DNA from: Guillardia theta CCMP2712
Lineage: Eukaryota > Protista > Cryptophyta
Assembly: GCF_000315625.1 (NCBI RefSeq)
Contig: NW_005434484.1
Coordinates: forward strand, 35,871 to 87,487
Reading direction: 5' to 3'
Length of the DNA stretch: 51,617 nucleotides
Part shown: positions 47,845 to 51,617 of the stretch, piece after piece
Layout: each line of letters starts with the position of its first letter
Position numbering within the stretch: position 1 is the stretch's first letter
Notes under the pieces: generated by a model
Databases searched by the model: none
The model's input: only the letters and a program-made list of their open reading frames with translations
Told to the model about the DNA's origin: nothing
Program-made: the position numbers and the translations under genes

Positions 47845-48779
47845 GGGCTCCGTGATTCACCTAGGCAGTCGCGTCAGCCAAGTGCGGCGATGAGAAGGTT
47901 GTTTCCCTTGTTAGCCTCCAAAACTTTGACCACCACCTCTCTGTTGTTAGCTTACCCTTCCTCTGACCATTAAATCTCACTCAATCAACATGCTCCCAAG
48001 GACGGACCATCCTCCCATCCTGCTAGATATATACACTATCTGCAAGTGTTGTTGACTTTGTTTCACCGGACGCCCCCCCATCCCCCCACCCCCCTTCCTC
48101 ATGATCCTCCTCCTCCTACCTCCTCATGCTCCTCCCCTCTGATGTCATCGATTCCTCCTTGCTCCCTGCTCTCTCCCTGACTATCCCTCCCTCCCTTCCA
48201 CTCAACTCGCATCTGCCATGAAAAGTCGGGGGAGAATTAAATCGGTTTAAATCTTGACTTATCAGAGGGTTTAAGAATTGGATCGAATAAAATCAATTTC
48301 AACCGATTTGATTCGATTCTGTGCTAAATTGGGTTCCATGGCCGAAAGTGGCAATTGGATGTGGATGGCGACGAGGAGGGAGGAGGGAGGAGGGAGGAGG
48401 GAGGAGGGAGGAGGGAGGAGGGAATCTTTAGCGCAAGGAGGAGCCGAGCAGAGCAACGTGAAATTGAGAGAGAGGGTGACGAGGAGGATGATTGAAATGC
48501 CCGAGCAAAGAAGCTGAGAGAGGAAGCAAATGGGAGGAAACAAGCAAGAAGTTGAGCAGGACCCCTTTTGAAGAGGCGAAAATAGGAGAGAGGAAGAGAA
48601 CGAGTGGCAGAAATCCATGGTCATGGTCCTGAAAAGAGACGGGAGAGGATGGAGGTGCTGGATTGTACCCGCCTGACGCGTTGGCAGAAGCCAGGAGTGC
48701 TCGCCCCCCACTCTCCATGTGGAGGTACGACCATCATGGCGACCATCATGGCGATGGCTTGATAGCTCCAGTCTCCTCT

Positions 48780-51617
48780 ATGTCCACCGTCCCTCGAGCT
48801 GCATGGCTCAGCAGATTTCTCTCTGCCGCCCTCATTCTCTTCCTGGCTGTCTGCGCCTTCGCCTTTCTCAGCTCCGATCGCCAGTCGTCGCTGCTCAGCA
48901 ACGAGGATGCAGTTACGAGCCTGGCGATGAAGAGGTGGAAGGCAAGCCTGTCGTTCCATGGCATTCCGGGTATGACGCAGTACGAGTGGGACCTGCTGCA
49001 TGCTGCGGCAGGAACGAAGGTGAAGGGAGCGCAGGTGAGGAGGAGGGGGAGGCGCCTTGCAGTCTGTCTGACGGAGCTGCGCAGAACTTTCGAGAGTCGG
49101 AGGAGAAGAGACTGACGCACGAGCTCTTGCGACAGAATGTCTTCAGCAGCCACTACGACCAAGTGAAGTCCATGCAGGAGGAGGGAGACGCGGGGAGGAA
49201 GGAGAAGGAGGAGGGAGAGGACAGGGCCGAGAAGGCAAGGAAGCCCCGTGAGAGGCTGCGGGCGGTGGAGACTCTTGCTCAGCGGAGGTGGAGGAGAGGA
49301 GAGGAGCAAGGAGGCAGGTGGAAGGAGGACAGGGCCGATCGACCTCTGACGGCTGATGCGGTACGAGGATCCCGTTCTATCGCTGCACCTTATCCGCCTC
49401 GTGTACAGGCGGGGAGTAGGAAGAGTCGCGCGAGCGATAGAGGCTCGCTGGAGGACATGGAGGTTTCCTGCTGCTGTTGATCGCCCTGCTATCGTCCTGA
49501 CTGAATCTGCACAGAAGGGCTTCGATGTCGAGGAGGCCTCGGACAGCAGCCTCCTCCACCTCCTGCAGAGTGAGGAAGAGGATGTGTCGCATGCTTCCCT
49601 CCAAGACCAGGACCATCCTTTCAGCTCCGACAGTGACGACGGCGTTGCTGCTGCTGCTGTTGATCTCAACGACGGCGTCGACTCTGGTATCGACCGATTT
49701 CTCTCGCGGAAAGCTCAACCCCGGGCGAAGGCCCAGCACAAGAATCACCTGCGAAACATCTTGAAGAGGTTGGACAGAGTCCAGCAGGGCCCAAACTCGC
49801 TGGATGCTCTAGAGAAGTCCGAGCGGGAGGAGAGATACCAGAAAGAGGCTGCGGAGGAGAGGGAGACGAGAGAGGAGGATAGGTGGAAGGAGGAGATGAA
49901 GGAGGCGGCTGATGGGGACGAGGTGGAAGGGAGGTGGTCGTCGTCCAGGACTGTCAGGAGGACGAGGAGCGAGCGGGGGACCGCGAAGAGACCGCAAGGT
50001 TCTTCATCCATTGTGACATCGAAGGCTCCACAGGGTGAAATCTCCTCGAAAAGTCTCGAAGAGCGCGTTGCTGCAAGAACGGGTCACCAGCTCTCTTCAT
50101 CCTCTTCCTCCTCCTCTGCTGCTGCTCCTGCTGCAGCCCCTGTTTCGTCCTCATCCTCTCCTGTGGCTGCTGGGCAGGACAAGGACGCGATCCGCAGGCA
50201 GGAGGAGGAAGCTAGGTGGAAGGAGGCGATCGGGAAGGAGATGAGGGGGGCCGAAAGGAGCTCGGCGTCTGCTGGGAAGACCTCAAGGGCCATCGACGAG
50301 AAGTTTGATGAGATCGAGAGGGGCATGACGTCGGAGGAGGACGGGGACGAGGGCAGCGGAAGCTGGGCTGCTGCTGGGGGAGGAGGTGGAGATCATTCTT
50401 CCTCGCCTGCTCCCTCCTCCTCCAAGGTCTCCTTCCAGCTTGACAACCTCGCCAAGGACCTGCTGTCCGGGAGCTCGCAGAATCCTAGCGGCGGAGCAGC
50501 AGACAAAGCAGCGAAGCCGAGCATGCTGGAGAAGGAGAAGGAGGAGGAGGAGGAGGAGGAGGAGGAGAAGCGGCAGGAAGCGAAGCAGAAGCTCGAGAAG
50601 CAGCGCAAGAGGGAAGAGGAAGAGGAGGCGAAAGAAAAGGAAGAGGAGGAGCAGAGAAAGAAACTGGCACGACAGAAGCTTGAACAGCAGAAGGAGAAAC
50701 AGGAGCAAGAAAGGGCAAGGGAGGAGCGGGAGCAGGAAGAAGAAAGGAAGGAGGAAGAGCGGAGGAAGAAACTGGAGAAGCAGAAGCTTGAGCGAGAAAG
50801 AGAGAAGAAAGAGGAGGAAGACGAGAAGAAACAGGAGGAGCGAGAAGAAGCAAAGAGGGAGGAGGAACGACGGCAACTCTTGGAGAGGAGGAGGAAGCAA
50901 CAGCTACAGGCGAAGCAGGCTAAGAGAAAGAAGGAGGAAGAGGAGAAGGAAAGGCAAGAACGGGCCGCCCAGGAGGAGAGGGAGGAGGAGAGGGAGGAGG
51001 AGAGGGAGGAGGAAGCGTCTTCGAGAGCTTCGATGAAGCAGCAGGCTAGTTCGCCCGCAGCTGGGGTGAGTCACTTTACTCGTCCACCTCGCCCCTGACG
51101 CCCAGCAGGACCCGAGCTGGGGTGACCTGCTGTCATTCTTGAAGGGAAGGTCGACGCACTTGACTAGCTCGCCACCTCCCCCACCCTCTGCCCCACCCCC
51201 CCCACCTCCTCCCCCAGCTGAGGTTGAAGAGGCTCCTGCTCCGCAGGTGAGAGCTTGCGCTTAGTTGATGGCTTAGGATGTTATCTTCTTCTGCCCTCCC
51301 CTTTCTCCTCTCCTCTCTTCCCCTCCCCTCCCCTCCCCTCCCCTCTCTTCCCACCTCCTCTTTTCTCTTCTCCTCTCCTACGGGTCTTTTACCCTACTCA
51401 AACGTCTCATTGGCTTCTCCTTCCAGATCTATTCGCCTCCTTCACCATCACCGCAGCAGATTTCAGCTGCACACGAGAACGAGGTCTCATCCTCCTCCTC
51501 GTCGTCGGGTGATCAACAGGAAACGCAGCACGTTGTTCAGCATGCTCAGAAGATCAAGGTATCCCATGAAGCCTCCTCCTCCTCATCATCCTCTTCCTCG
51601 CTCCCTCGCTCCCTCGT
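48780..51617 (+). CDS. Hypothetical membrane-anchored/secreted protein with a long E/K/R coiled-coil; likely continues past the window
   Basis: MSTVPRAAWLSRFLSAALILFLAVCAFAFL is a hydrophobic anchor. Intron 49035-49084, a long exon ~49515-51065 with an EEEKRQEAKQKLEKQ-type region, and a donor gtgagt at ~51066. Confidence 0.65.

Overview
This is eukaryotic nuclear DNA: GC-rich, gene-dense, with short (~50 nt) GT-AG introns and (CCT)n/(CAT)n-rich introns. The style resembles a cryptophyte alga such as Guillardia or Hanusia (inference only). Genes, left to right: the 3' part of a PTEN-C2/cNMP/GRAM/cNMP signalling gene; a divergent protein kinase; one ~19.4-kb gene for a ~6,300-aa secreted mosaic protein (Ig-like repeats, two 7-blade RCC1 propellers, Fn3-associated domains, ~12 Myxococcus-type Cys-rich repeats, LNR); a MORN-repeat gene; a group IV PLP decarboxylase (lysA-like); a meiotic HORMA-domain gene (HOP1/ASY1-like); a DUF179 gene with an LYR-like N-terminus; and several lineage-specific hypothetical genes. 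The most unexplained structure is at 34.5-38.8 kb: two adjacent long inverted repeats carry four copies of one small ORF family (core RRxQLDALxHCIKLLTD). One pair is divergent and the other convergent, all four have AATAAA signals, and three share an upstream GTCACGAGG module. Also present are a dispersed 41-bp motif in three copies, GGGTA-dense tracts and GC-rich CCGG islands at gene starts. All gene models and domain calls were read by eye, with no database searches.
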